Positions 12,508-26,862 of a DNA stretch of 64,000 bases are shown here, one piece after another. This stretch comes from Octopus vulgaris. Its lineage: Eukaryota. Position 1 is the stretch's first letter, and every line of letters starts with the position of its first letter. The notes under the pieces were generated by a model. That model made no database searches, was not told the DNA's origin, and saw nothing but the letters and a program-made list of their open reading frames with translations. A program made the translations under genes and the position numbers. The DNA lies in NCBI GenBank assembly GCA_951406725.2, contig OX597818.1, positions 28,148,001 to 28,212,000 of the forward strand, given 5' to 3'.

Positions 12508-15500
12508 ATCATCATCATCATCGTTTAACATCCACTTTCCATGCTGGCAAGGGTTGGCTGGTTTGACTGAGGACTGGCAAGCCAGTAGGCTGCACCAGTC
12601 TCCAATCTGATCTGGCAAAGTTTCTACAGCTAGATGCCCTTCCTAATGCCAACCACTCCAAGAGTGTAGTGGGTGCTTTTATGTGCCAGTCAGGTGGTAC
12701 TGGCATCGGCCACACTCAAATAGTGCTTTTTACATTCCACCTGCACAGGAGACACTCCTGGTGGCACTGGCAACGACCACACTCGAATGGTGCATTATTT
12801 TACGTGCCACAGCCATGGTAACCAGTCAGTGGCCCTGGCAATGATCATGTCGAATGGTGCTTTTAACGTTCCACCGGTACAGGTGCCAATCAGGTGGTAC
12901 AGCAATTTTACAAGCATGGTTTCTTGTCCAATGATTGAAGGGTACTCTTAAATGGGCTGGTTATACAGCACTGGCATAGCTATGGGTTATGGTCTCACTT
13001 GGCTTACCGAGTCTTCTCAAGCACATCAGATCACCAAAGGTCTTGGTTACTTGTCATTGCTTTGGTGAGGCCCAATATTTGAGGTCATGCTTCACCACTT
13101 CATCCCAGGTCTTCCTGGGTCTACCTCTTCCACAGGTTCCCTCAACTGCTAGGGTGTGACAATTTTTCACACAGCTGTCCTCATCCATACGCAACACATG
13201 ACTATACCTGCACAGTCGTCTCTCTTGCACACCACATCTGATGCTTCATAAGTTTAACTTTTCTCTCAGGGCACTTACACCCTGTCGTGTATGCACACTG
13301 ACATTACACATCCAGCGGAGCGTACTGGCTTCATTCCTTGCAAGCTTACGCATATCCTCAGTAGTCACAGCCCATGTTTCACTGCCATGTAGCATAGCTG
13401 TTCACCCACATGCATCATACAGTCTACCTTTTACTTTGAGTGAGAGACCCTTTGTCACCAGCAGAGGTAGGAACTCTCTGAACTTTGCCCAGGCTATCAT
13501 TTCTCTAGCAGCTACACTTTCAGAGCATCCACCCCGGCTACTGACTTGGTCACCTAGGTAACAGAAGCTGCCAACTACTTGCAGTTTTTCCTCCTGGAAT
13601 GTAACAGAAGCTGCACATTTTCAGGGTTTATTGCCCCTGAGCATTTGCCACACACAAAAACTATCTTCCTACTTTGCCTTCGTTTGATATTGCTGCACCT
13701 CTTATGTGTATATAGCTTACACTGGGTACATTTTATGGAGTTTCTACCTACGCCTATTCCACAAATCAAACAAAGCCATCTACCTGAAGGGATTTGTGGT
13801 TTGTCTACCTTCTTACTTATTAAGGCTTTGTTTTTGCTAGATTGACTTTAAGGCCCTTCCATTCTAGACCTTTCTTCCCCTCTAATTCTGATAGTGACTC
13901 AGCAATTAGAGCAAGGTCATCAGCATTCAGAAGCTCCCAGCAGGATCCTGGCTTGAATTCCTCTGTTATTGCCTGAAGGACTATGATGAATAAGAGGGGG
14001 CTGGGACTGATCTTTGGTGGACCCCTACTCCTACCCAGAATTTTTCACTGTACTTATTGCTAACCCTCACCTTACTGACAGCATCCCTGTATATGACCTG
14101 TACAGCTCTCACTAACCACTCATCTATCCCTAGTTTCTGCCCTGAACACCAGATAAAGGATCAGGAGACCCTGTCAAAGGCTTTCTCCATGTCAATGAAA
14201 GCCAGGTACAGAGGTTTATTTTTTGGCTAGGTATTTCTCCTGCAGCTGTCTTACCAGAAATATAGCATCAGTGGTGCTTTTCCCTGGCATGAAACCAAAC
14301 TGCATCTCATCCAAACTGACTCTCTCCCTAATTAGTTGGGCTATGAACCTCTCTGTGACTTTCATTACCAGATCCAACAACTTGATACCTCTCTAATTAT
14401 TTGTATCTAATTCATCACCTTTACCTTCGTAGCAGTTGACTATGGTGCTACTACACTAGTCATTGGGTATGACTCCTTCATGTATCACCTGATTGACTAT
14501 ACAGATGACTAGACTATAGCTGACACTGCCAGATATTTTAAGCATCTCTGCAGTGATTCCTGATGGTCCGGGAGCTTTCCTTAGTTGCCTTATCTACCAA
14601 GGTAATGTCAATTCGAATTGCTGGTCTCTCTGTTGGGTTGACATTCGGCAGACTCACTTTCTCCCATTCATTCTCTTCATTTAGCAACTTTTCATTGTGG
14701 CGTCTCCTAGGCTCTCTCTCAGCAGCCTTATTAAATGTGAGCCATCATCCATGCAGACACATTTCTCTTCTATGACATTACGATTCTCTCTCACACACTG
14801 TCTTGCAACACGAAACACTTCAAGTCATTGGTCCTCATAACACAGAACATTGGCAAATCTTTTCTTATCTGCTTCCTCTCTGGCTAAGTAAACCTGTCTC
14901 CAAGCTTCCCTTCTGGCAGTCTGATACAATTTCTTGCTACCAATGTTCTTCTAGTCCTTCCTTGTCTGTTTCTTTTCCTTAATGGCCTTCTCAACTACAT
15001 TGTTCCACCACCACGTTACTTTGGATTGAGAGGGGACTTTGCACCATCCACAGATCTGGTCAAGAGCCTTCAACAGGTTGTCTCGTAAAAACCTCCAGTT
15101 GTCTTTCACATCATGTGATGCTCTGTCTCCCTCTATTTCATCAAAAGCTTCAAGTAATACGTCTCTAAATCTATGTTCATTTGTAGCATCCTTAAGCTTC
15201 CAGACCCTTCTTTTCCATGCTGGTCATCTTCTGGCCATCCATTTAACCCTGATCCTGAAGTTGCTAACTACTAATCTATGTTGTGTTGTGAATTCTTCAC
15301 TAGGGAAGGTTTTGGCATTTATAAGTAGCCATTTTTCCCATTTCCTGGTGAGGATGTAATCAATTTGATTAGTGTGTCCACCAAATCGGTAGGTGAATAG
15401 GTGACTGGCAGGTTTCTTGAAGTTAGTAATACAAACCATAAGATAATTTCCATTGCAGAACTCCAGCAGCTTGGTTCACTCCTCATAGCGTGAACCTAAA

Positions 15501-16230
15501 CCATAGCCGCCATGTACTCTATGGAAGCCTCCTGCATGTTGTCCAACATGTCCATTGAAGTCGCCAGCCACAAAGAAAAGATCACTATCATTTGTCAATG
15601 AAGCAGTCTGCAAGAAGGTGTCTTTCTGTTCATCAGGTAGCCCTGGCTGAGGGGTATAGGCCGAGATAATGGTTGCTAACCCACATTGTAGCACTAATCT
15701 AATCTTAAGTATTCTATCACAGACTCCGACTACCGCGATTACCTTATCAAACCAATTAATCACAAGAAGTATACCCACGCCCCTGACCCTGTCTGTGTTC
15801 CCTTCTCTGAAAATCTTACACCTATGTTCTTTTTCCTTGAGGAACCTAGAACTTCCTCTCCACCTTACTTCTTGGATGCAGCACAAATCTACATGTCTCC
15901 ATTCAAGAATCTCAACAATCTCACCAGACCTACATTTCAGTGTGCCAACAGTAAGTGTGCTAGCTCTGAGGGTGTGGGAAGTGTGGGCCCATGATACCCT
16001 GGAATGGGGGACAGCAGTTTCATGTACCTGAAAAGAAAGCTCGCATTTGGCAGAACTCATAAACATACAATAGTTACATAGGAGATAAACTTTAAGTAGG
16101 GATGGGGGAGCATAAAGCCTTTGGAGGTGTTCATGGGAGAGACATCCGATAGATGTCAGAGAATAGAGACTTCCAGTACAGGTGATGGGGAGGAAGGATG
16201 AGCACACTGCAAAACAGTAAAAACTCATGC
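12508..16230 (-). mobile_element. Near full-length degenerate RTE LINE (APE endonuclease + RT)
   Basis: EN motifs CIQEVRW, AGDFNGHVG, QIDYIL; RT fragments; (CAT)n tail. Confidence 0.93.
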
Positions 16231-16614
16231 TGCTAGTGTGAGAGAATATTGATCATAATAATGAGATAGAATTGGACATTTGAATTCTTAACTAGAGCTA
16301 CAACCAAGAGTTTTCAGTCAGTCAAACTGTGACAAAATTAGATAAATGAATGAATAAATGAGTGTGAAAGAGAGAGAGAGAGAGTTGGATTGAGTGAAGG
16401 GATCTTAAGATTTTTCTCTAAACATACAGTTGGAAGATAAAACTGTGTTTACACAGATAATGAAATATATATATATATATGTATGTGTGTGTGTATAAAA
16501 AATGATAAGGAGAATTCAAATAGGTTCAACAATTTATATAAACATATTCTGCCATGGATCGCTGTATATCAGTTTTTAAATATACAAATGTAGGTTATAT
16601 ATACAATAGTTTGT

Positions 16615-17700
16615 TCAGTTTAAAATATCCCATTACCATCTAAGGATGCATATATGGAAGCCCTAATACAAAAAACTAACAGTCTCATTACTAGGATGAG
16701 ATGGAGAGCATTCTTTTATGATACTAAATCAAAATCCAAACACCCTGCTAAAACTATAGAAAAAAATACTTACAACACTAAATTTTATATGAACACTCCT
16801 CCAAATCCTGCTATGGTGAAATTTGAAAAAGACTTAAAGCATATGATAAAAGACCTAAAATATTTGGTCAATATAAAGATCTTCACCCATGAACAAAAAA
16901 AAATAATAAACCAGCCTGCTGGGTGTTAACAAGTATGTAGAAAATTTAAAGTTAAATTTCTATCCTTATTCTATATATTGATTTTAATTTTCTCAGTTTA
17001 ATACTATAAATTTACTAAGTTATAAATTATTACTTCCTGTATCCTTCAATTCTAATTTCCACCCCTAAAGTTTATATTACTTATCTCTTTTGGTTTTTCA
17101 TTATATTCCCCTTTATTTGATAATCTAAATAAGTATTGGCCACCCTATCCTTCTTTCTTCCAGTTACCACCCCTTCTCCATCAGACATTCTCTGACTACC
17201 AGCCTTGCAACCTAATCTTTTATGCAGTTAAAGCTAGATATATGGTTCCAGTACATTATAGATTATCTAACATTAATTGATTTATCATCATTAACTGAAT
17301 ACAGCTGACAACTCCCAATGGAGTTAATTCTAAATGGTTGAAGACTACATACTACATAAAGCTTTCTAAATACTAGGAACTACGTCACCACTCCTTTTAT
17401 CTTGACCACCACTATTTCCTCTGCTACACTCTAAATTATAGTAGGCCTAACAAGGTATGCATTATTTTCTAAGCTCATTCTTCCACTGATGTAGCAAAAG
17501 GAAATGGCGTAAATATTTTGGTTTACATTATTGATGTAAATTTGTTAAAAATGGTTTATCCTTTATGTTTGAAGTCTATGCGGTCCTCTGACAAGAATGG
17601 TTTCTTTCAAATTGATGTAATGTTTTCATTAATCAATTAAATGGAACCGCTTGAAACAGCCGTAATGAACTGACACATGTACATCTTTGTTACTTATTTA
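16615..17700 (+). mobile_element. Penelope-like (Naiad-like) remnant with downstream non-coding region
   Basis: KNIPLPSKDAYMEALIQKTNSLITRMRWRAFFY...VKFEKDL; hammerhead-like motif near the 3' end. Confidence 0.55.
17583..17670 (+). ncRNA. Degenerate type I hammerhead ribozyme
   Basis: gtcct-CTGACAA-GAATGGTTTC...GGAACCGCTT-GAAAC-AGCC-GTA; long stem II pairs, core box mutated. Confidence 0.4.
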
Positions 17701-17837
17701 TATGTATGTATATTGTTTTGAGAAAGAATATGATTAATCATTAAGTCTCAAAGTTATGTTTTACATTTAGAAGTGCTCAAGAAGAACTTGAGACAAAAGA
17801 TGAAAATACATAATATGAAGAAACATAAGAGGAAAAC

Positions 17838-19593
17838 TACCTAACCAATGATAAACCTCTGTTCCTGGCTTTCAGTGACATGGAGAAAGCCTTTGACAGG
17901 CTTCCTTGATCCCTTATCTGGCGGTCAATGAGGAAACTAGGGATAGATGAGTGGTTAGTGAGAGCTGTACAAGCCTTGTACAGGGATGCTGACAGTAGGG
18001 TGAGGGATGGCAACAAGTACAGTAAAGAATTCCAAGTAGAGGTAGGGGTCCACCAAGGATCAGTCCTCAGCCCCCGTATTCATTATAATCCTCCAGAAAA
18101 TAACAAACGAATTCAAGCCAGGATAGCTGAGTCACTATAAAAATTAGAGAAGTTTCAGGTGTTGAAGGGCCTTAAAGACAAAATATCAAAAACCAAAGTC
18201 TTAATAAGTGGAAAGGCAGACAAACCACAAATCCCTTCAGGTAGATGGCCCTCTTCGATCTGTAGAAAAGGCGTAGGTAGAAACTCCTTAAAATGTATCC
18301 AGTGTAAGCTATGGACACATAAGAGGTGCAGCAATATCAAAGGAAGACTAAGTGGGAAGATAGTTTTTGTGTGTGACAATTGCTCAGGTGCAATAAACAT
18401 TGAAAATGTGCAGAAAACAGCTTTCATCACATTCCAGAGGGAAAAACTACAAGTAGTTGATAGCTTCTGTTACCTAGGTGACCAAGTCAGTTGTGGAGGT
18501 GGATGCTCCAAAAGAATAGCTGCTAGAATAAGAATAGCCTGGGCAAAGTTCAGAGAGCTCCTACCTCTGCTGGTGACAAAGAGCCTCTTGCTCAAAGTAA
18601 AAGGTAGATTGTATGATATGTGTGTGAAGAGCCATGTTACATGGCAGTGAAACATGCGCTGTAACTGCTGAGGATATGTGTAAGCTTGCAAGGGATGAAG
18701 TTAGTATGCCCCACTGGATGTGTAATATCAGTGTGCATACACAACAGTGTAAGTGCCCAGAGAGAAAAGTTGGACATACGAAACATCAGACATGGTGTGC
18801 AAGAGAGACAACTGCTCTTGTATGGTTATGTGTTGCGTATGGATGGGAACAGCTGTGTGAAAAATTGTCACACCCTAGCAGATGAGGGAACCTGTGGAAG
18901 AGGTAGACCCAGGAAGACCTGGGATGAGGTGATGAAGCACAGCCTTCAAACATTGGGCCTCACGGTGGCGATGACAAGTGAGAGAGACCTTTGGACATAT
19001 GCTGTGCTTGAAAAGACCCAGGAAGCCAAGTGAGACTGTAACTATGGCCTATGCAAGTGCAGCATAACTGGCCCATTTACAAGTACACTTCAATCATTGG
19101 GCAATAAACCACACTTGCGAAGACCTGTCGAGTCAAGTGAAGTCAGTATCGTGATCGATGACAGTACCGTTTGGTTGGCACCCGTGCCAGTAGCCCTTAA
19201 AAAGCACCATTTGTGATTGGTTGATAACAGTGCCGCCTAATTAGTCCCATGCCAGTGGGATATAAAAAGCACCATTCGTTGCCAGTGCTAGTAGCATGTA
19301 AAAAGCACCAAATGTGGTCAATGCTCCCATGCCAGTGGCATGTAAAAAGCACCATTCTATCGTGATTGATGCCTGTACCAGATAAAACTGGCCCTCATAC
19401 CGGTGGAACATAAAAAGCACCCACTACACTGTCAGAGTGTTTGGCATCACGAAGGGCATCCAGCTGCAGAAACTTTGCCAGATCAGATTGTAGCCTGGTG
19501 CAGCCTTCTGGCTTGCCAGCTCTCAGTCAAACAGTCAAACACATGCCAGCATGGAAAGCAAACGTTAAATGATGACAATGATGATGATGATGA
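17838..19593 (+). mobile_element. 5'-truncated RTE LINE
   Basis: RT fragments (DMEKAFD, GVHQGSVLSP, FCYLG), 3'UTR, (GAT)n tail. Confidence 0.92.
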
Positions 19594-19870
19594 TATATAT
19601 ATGAGTGTGTGTGTATATATATATATATATATATGTATATACGTGTATATGTATACATATATGTATATATGTGTATATGTATATATATATATATGTATAT
19701 GTACATATATATATGTATATATGTATGTATATATATGTGTATGTATATGTATATATATATATATGTATGTATATGAATATATATATGTATATATATATGT
19801 ATATGGATGTATGTATGTATATATGTATGTATATATATATATGTATGTATGTATGTGTATATGTATGTAT

Positions 19871-19925
<55 letters not shown>

Positions 19926-19989
19926 TATATATATGTATATGTATGTATATATGTATGTATATATATATGTATGTATGTATATGTATGTG

Positions 19990-20024
<35 letters not shown>

Positions 20025-20202
20025 ATGTATGTATGTATGTATATATATATATTTCTTATTTTTATTTTCCTAAAATTTTCATTGCATCTTGTGCGAGGAT
20101 GATCCGGTTCTTGACTGAAGATTGAAGGCTTCAAATGTACCGTCCGTGTTTTTTGTATTGTCTTCTAAATGTTTTGCATTCTTGTCCCAGTTTGTATTTT
20201 TT

Positions 20203-20257
<55 letters not shown>

Positions 20258-20676
20258 ATATATATGTATGTATGTATATATATATGTATGTATGCATATA
20301 TATATGTATGTATGTATATATATATGTATGTATATATATATATATGTATGTATATATATATATGTATGTATGTATATATATATGTATGTATGTATATATA
20401 TATGTATGTATATATATATATATGTATGTATGTATATATATATGTATGTATGTATATATATATGTATGTATGTATATGTATATATATATGTATGTATGTA
20501 TATATATATGTATGTATGTATATATATATGTATGTATGTATATATATATGTATGTATGTATATATATATGTATATATATATGTATGTATGTATATATATA
20601 TGCATGTATGTATATATATATGTATATGTATGTATATATATCCATGTATATATATGTATGTATATATATATGTATG

Positions 20677-20725
<49 letters not shown>
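19594..20725. repeat. (TA)n/(TATG)n compound microsatellite
   Basis: Direct inspection; interrupted by a unique block at 20052-20205. Confidence 0.95.
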
Positions 20726-20727
<2 letters not shown>

Positions 20728-20929
20728 CGTTTTTGTATTTGGTTTGCAAGATTCTTTATATGAGTTCATGTGTTGATGCATATTCTGTTGTGTCTGGGGA
20801 GAGTCATTTTCTTTTTGTGCCTTATAATGTAACACACTCACCGGTAAAATTTCCACTTCTTTCTTTTTTTTTATTTTCCTAAAATTTTCATTGCATCTTG
20901 CAACCTTTTCAATAGTCTTGACTCTTGAG

Positions 20930-21438
20930 TCAGAAATGTTATCATGTACATTGTTTTGTCTTGGTATAAAAGATGGAATGCAGCAAATATTCAGCTCAAT
21001 ACCACAGATTTTCTTGTCAGTTGTTTGACCATAACCAGTTGAGCATGTCCCTTAGTGGCTGATGATATGTGCATCTCTGATCATGAGCAGAAGTAGTAGG
21101 GGAGCATCAAAATCATGTGTTAAGAGGAATTCTTTGGGATTTGAATAATTCACCTTTGGAAACATGGGTGTTTTGTTCACCATCCTTAAAATAAACCTTA
21201 TTCAGGGACCTCTTGAGTGGGATGGTCTACTCGACCTGAAGAAAATTCTAACTGGGCCCCACCTGCACGGTCATGCACCGATTATCTTGATATGAAATCA
21301 CCATGTCATGCACATATGATTGTGATGTGTGTGCCTGGTGTACCCTTATCAGATAGGTAGTCGTGATCATTATATTAGGCTTCGGATATTTGTACCCCAG
21401 TGTCACTTTGATGGCATGCACTGCTCTCTCACGCAATG

Positions 21439-21490
<52 letters not shown>
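20930..21490 (+). mobile_element. Retroposon 3' fragment with (AAT)n tail
   Basis: Ends gcactgctctctcac followed by (AAT)n; short inverted echo at 21492-21525. Confidence 0.5.
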
Positions 21491-21519
21491 TATTATTATT
21501 ATTATTATTATTAAGTGAG

Positions 21520-21673
21520 AGAGCAGTGGTAAGTAGCTTGCTTATGAACCACATGGTTCCGGGTTCTGTCCCACTGCATGGTACCATGGGCAAATGTCTT
21601 CTACTATGGCTTCGGGCCGACCAAAGCCATGTGAGTGGATTTGGTAGACGGAAACTGAAAGAAGCCTGTTGTA

Positions 21674-21736
<63 letters not shown>

Positions 21737-21948
21737 ATATGTTTGTGTGTCTGCACTTGTCCCCCAACATCGTTTGACAACTAATGCTGGTGTGTTTACG
21801 TCCCCGTAACTTAGCAGTTCGGCAAAAGAGACTGGTAGAATAATACTAGGCTTACAAAAAATAAGCCCTGGGGGCGATTTGTTCGACTAAAGGCGGTGCT
21901 CCAGCGTGGCCACAGTCACCTGACTGAAACAAGTAAAGAGTAAAAGAG
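21520..21948 (+). mobile_element. tRNA-derived SINE
   Basis: A/B-box-like head TGGTAAG...GGTTCTGTCC, internal (TA)n, tail gaaacaagtaaagag. Confidence 0.8.
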
Positions 21949-21999
21949 AGTCATTCCTCATCTCTTAAATATAGTACTGGAATAATAATGATGATGATG

Positions 22000-22057
<58 letters not shown>

Positions 22058-22067
22058 TAATAATAAT

Positions 22068-22212
22068 TCTTTCTACTATAGGCACAAGGCCTGAAATTTG
22101 GGAGAGGGCAACAGTCAATTACATCATCCCTAGTATTTCCCTGGTACTTAATTTATCAACCTCAAAAGGATGAAAGGCAAAGTTGACCTCAGTGGAATTT
22201 GAACTCAGATGA
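22068..22212 (-). mobile_element. Nin-domain-like SINE fragment
   Basis: Minus gaggtcaactttgcctttcatccttttgaggttgataaattaagtaccag; related copy at 53352. Confidence 0.6.
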
Positions 22213-22636
22213 TATAATTACAAGAAGAAGAAGAAAGAAAAGAATCCGTTCTTCTATTGGCAGAAGGCCTGAAATTTTGTGGGAGGCAGCTAGTAAAGCT
22301 AAATTTGATGATTCTTTTGTCTACTTTTTCCAAGAACAACCTGACATATTGGTAAACACTCCATGTCATTAGAAAGCATAAAGATTAAAGAAAAAGTTAA
22401 CTGACATGGAGGACTGAAAACCATTTCAATAAGGGAAAAGAGTTAACTGTATCATAATGATTCATACCAGATATCAAAATACTGAGATCATGACTACTGC
22501 TCAATGCTCTGTGAACACTGTAAAAGCTGTGAAACATAACATGAACAGCCGCAACAGGGACTTAAAGCCATGGTCAACTGGAAAGGACACAGCAGGCATT
22601 TTGTGTCTACAGCTGGAATTCACCCAATAACTAATG

Positions 22637-22760
22637 AACTATGTGAAGCTACTGGAGACTGTGGTCAAACCCTAGCTGGTGAGAGTTGCTGCTGAAAAGC
22701 CATATGTGAGGCAGCAGGATCTAGCTTCTTACCATAGCTCCAGAAAGAGTTAGAAGTGGT
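22637..22760 (+). mobile_element. Tc1/mariner transposase fragment
   Basis: YVKLLETVVKP*LVRVAAEKPYVRQQDLASYHSSRKS*KW resembles the QQDxAPxH motif. Confidence 0.65.
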
Positions 22761-23994
22761 ATTCTGTTATACAACCATAATCTAGTATCGACAAATCACA
22801 GTATGTCTGTGTATAATGACTAACACATACATTTCCACAATTCTCCACCGATTTTCTTCAAACTTTACAAACACACTACTTATGTCTCAAGGGATGATCA
22901 TGCACTGTAACATTTTGTCCAGAGCTCTCCCATAAATGGGCGTAAATTGACATAGTTTTTTGTGTGTAGGATCTTCCATACTTTTTTCATTTTTTATAAA
23001 ATGAAAGAATTTGTCTATTTATTTATTTTGACTGTCGTGACTGCATGGTGACCCTGTCACGAAACAGGACTTGGAAGCTGTCATTTTGTTTTCATGTAAA
23101 TAAATGTTTATGTTAATGTAAATGATTTATCCAAATTCGTTGTATGGACATAGTTTTTTTGTATGTAGGTTCTCTTATAATTTTTAAATCTATATGGTCG
23201 TATATTGGCATTAGAGAATATTTTTTAGTGGTTATCACATTCTTTTGATTTATTATTCATTTATATGTTGTAATTATGTATTATAACTTTCTATATTTTT
23301 TTATGTGTATTAGTGTATGTAGTTTGAGTTTTGGTCTGAGAATATTATAAAAATGAAAGGATTTGGTCTATTTATTTCGACAGCTTTCCATATTTTTTAA
23401 TGTATATGGTAGTATATTTGCATTACAGAATATCTTTTAGTTGTTTCTACCTTTTTTCATTTATTATTTATTTATATGTTGTAATTGTGTATTAATACTT
23501 TCTATATTTTCTATATGTATATTGGTGTGAATAGTTTGAGTTTTGGCTAGAGAATATTATAAAAGTGAAAGGATTTTGTCTATTTATATATTTTGATTGT
23601 CCACTTGTGATTGTGATTAAATTGGCTAGGAACACTGCACGTGATGAATATCCAATACCAAACAATCTTAATCTCCATATTTAAGCTGCATTAGACTTTG
23701 GCAAGCTTACCTCTACCCATTCCAAGCTACTTGATGTTCCCTTTCCTCTCTTCTATTTGTTAATACCTTTGTTAACTTACCAATGTGTTGTTTTCCTTTT
23801 AGGATGTTTATTTACCCATCTATTATATTTCGACTGTTGTCCATTGTTTCAAATACGTTTTAGCATTGTCGTTTCTTTTTTAAACAATCATATATGATTT
23901 GTCCCAAAGAAACAATTTTTAAATAACAATTTTGCTTCCATTAGCAAAAGCTGTACATATCTTTCAGAAAGCTCCATACCAATTTCATACCAAT

Positions 23995-24420
23995 GTGTAT
24001 ATATTGTCTGTGTTCAGGTAATATGTGCTTGTATGGGTGTGGGAGTGTGCATGATGGTGTGCGGTGTGTACTTAGTTAAACAGTGTGTGTGGCTGCTCGC
24101 ATAGTGGTATGTGTGGTGACGCTATTGAAGATTGTGTGTGGTGTGAGTACTGAACAGTGGTCGGTGCTAGTGTGTGTATAGTGGTGTGTGAAGTGAGTAA
24201 TGCGTTGAACAGTGTGTATGAGTGATTTTATAGTTGTGTGTGTGTGTGTGGTGAGGGTACTGAGGTAGGTGATGTGTAGGTGTGTTAGTAGAAAGGGGGA
24301 GTTAAATGTGGGAAGTGTGTGGGAATCCATGTGGTGTTAGTACCAAATGAAGATAAGAAGTGAGTTAATCCCATATGGTGCAAAGGAATGAAAAGAGAAA
24401 ATTAATTCCTGTTCACAGTG
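23995..24420 (-). mobile_element. Copy of the Penelope-like 3' segment at ~27668-28090
   Basis: Near-identical sequence by direct comparison. Confidence 0.9.
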
Positions 24421-24579
24421 GCATTCACATAAAGTGAATGCCACGCCACTTTATGTGGCATTCACTGTTACGTTATGCTATGTGGGAAGGCAGAATAAAG
24501 GAACTTTTGTTAGCTTATAGTAGAACTGATAATCACATGGTGCACTAAAACCTATTTTCCTTTTCCAGATAATACAAGC

Positions 24580-24900
24580 ATGCCACCTGAAAAGAGAGCA
24601 TGCATTGGCAGAAAGTCTTCTGCAGCAGCACTGGCAGGATAAGGAATCTGAGGACCAGAAATCCTGTTGACAGTTGAAAAGAGCTGCTGCTGCTAGAGCT
24701 GAAACTACTCCAGAGTAGCATGAAACCTATCAAGTACATGCTGCTGATGCAAGGGCTGCAGAAACCCCACAAAAGAGTGCTATCTGTCAGGCTTGTGATG
24801 CTGCATCCACTTCTGCCATGAGGGCCGAAACATCCCCATAAGAAAGTGCTATCCAGCAGGCATGCAACGCTGCATCCAATTCTGCCGCGCGCTTGGCAGA
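24580..24900 (+). mobile_element. Possible Helitron RepHel N-terminal remnant
   Basis: MPPEKRACIGRKSSAA... with RAAETP/RAETSP repeats, interrupted by stops. Confidence 0.45.
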
Positions 24901-25509
24901 TGATGATAACCATAGCCATCACTGTGTTGGACAGAATATCCGAATTTTCATGAGAAATACAAAATATTGATATTAAGAGAACAGGAAGCATGCTCATATG
25001 AAAGAAAGGGGTATTAATAACAGGCCATATTAGATTAAAGAAGGGACATATTAAATTAAGGTTGATGCATAAAAGCAGGTTTGACACAGTGAAAAGCAAA
25101 GTTTATTTCAGAAATTAAAGCTAGGAAAACAGAGATTTTAGCTTAGTTTGATATCTATTTTGACATAATTTTTCAATTCTCACAGAGGAATGTCTGCTGT
25201 TAGTGAAGTATTCAAAGTAAATGAAAACAGCATAGTATACAGTGTATATATGAGGGGAGGAAGAGAGAAGGAACTGAGAGATTGTCAAAGGAAGTACTGA
25301 TGAGGATGATGATGAATTGGCAAATAAAAAAAAATATACATAAACCTCAAGAAATGTTCATCATTAAATGTAGAAAATATGCATTGTATTAAAACTAACA
25401 ATATTTTGCTTGGTCAACACCATGACAAATAACAAAAACATAAATGAATAAATAGTAAACAAGGGTACTTAGTAGTTAGTTGCTCTACCCCATTCCTGTG
25501 AATAACTTC

Positions 25510-26780
25510 AAAAATTTGCTGTGGCATACTCAAAACAAGCATTTTATCGGAGGTTGTCCAGAATGTTATGCCATAAGGTGAGGACTGTTAAGCAAAGAGC
25601 ATCCACAGTCTCAAAATGCAATTCATTCTTGTAAACATCTCTTGCCGTCCATCCTCAAAGATTTTCAATGAGGTTTCAGTCAGGAGAACATGGAAGATGA
25701 TTCAAAAGATGAATGTTATTTGTTCTGAAGAAATCCTTTGGCCTGCGAGAATTATGGATTGTAGTATTACCCTGTTGATAAATCCAGTCTTCTTCACACA
25801 AACGAGAGCCTTCAGTCAATAGTGATGCCTGTGCCAATATGCCAACATAGCCAGCTGCTGTTTGATGTCTCTGCGCAACCTAATGTTCCATAGTTCTTCT
25901 GTTCAAGAAAGCACCCCACACCATGACACAGCCTCCACCACTGTGCTTATTTGAAAAAGTCTCCAGTGGAATATCTTTTGCATGCCAATATTGTTGGAGA
26001 CCATCAGGACCATCAGGGCTGAATTTTTTCTCATCCCAGGATTAAACTTTCTTCCAGTTGTAAACATCCTAGGTCTGCTGATTCTGAGCAAATTCTAAAC
26101 AAGTAGTTTTGAGGTATGGATGAAGATGAGGTCTCTGAAGACATTCAAGATTTTTTAAGCCTCTCTCTATCTCTCTCTCAAATGTTATCTTACCTTCCTT
26201 GAGCTACATTCCACATCCATAAGTACATTAATCTAGTTTGATGATCAACTAGTGCCTTTCCTAACTTCCCGTCAAATCCTACTAAATGCAAGTGAAATTT
26301 TCTTTGGCCAGCTAGTCAATCTTTTCTATCTGTATGCCGCAGGGTCTTTTAAGAAGTTTGCAATGGAGATTTTACTGCAACCAATTTCAGTGGAGATGGC
26401 ATGTTGAGAAAGGCTTTGTATCTGGAGCTCTGCAAGTCTACCATGTTCAAAATCCATCAACATTTTAGATTTGCTCATTGTTGCTGTTGTGTAATAGATA
26501 GGGAGTGACTGGCAGTTGTTGACACACAGAAAGCTTGAACATAAATGCCAAAATTTTTATAGACTATACCCAATTCAAACTTTTTATTTGTCATGGACTT
26601 AAATTTTTCATTTTCATACAATCCATATTTTCTGCATTAAATTTAAACATTTCTTTAGGTTTTGTATATCTTTTCTATTTGCTAATTATGAATCTATAAT
26701 GAAAAGTAGTCAAATATATCAGTCTGAAAGGAGTTCATTTTGGCAGTTTTTTTCACTGATCTTAAAATTTTGGCCAGCAA
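25510..26780 (-). mobile_element. Degenerate Tc3-like (Tc1/mariner) transposon
   Basis: N-term MSKSKMLMDFEHGRL...IANFLKDP; [18 protein letters not shown]; [11 protein letters not shown]; WIYQQGN. Confidence 0.85.
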
Positions 26781-26789
26781 TGTGTGTGT

Positions 26790-26861
<72 letters not shown>

Positions 26862-26862
<1 letters not shown>

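Noticed and set aside
19403-20882. Long Y/I/M/C/V-rich ORFs
   Set aside because: Translations of (TA)/(TATG) microsatellites, open in many frames
25186-25310. Possible exon after ctcacAG
   Set aside because: Stops in the plausible frames and no supporting donor or homology
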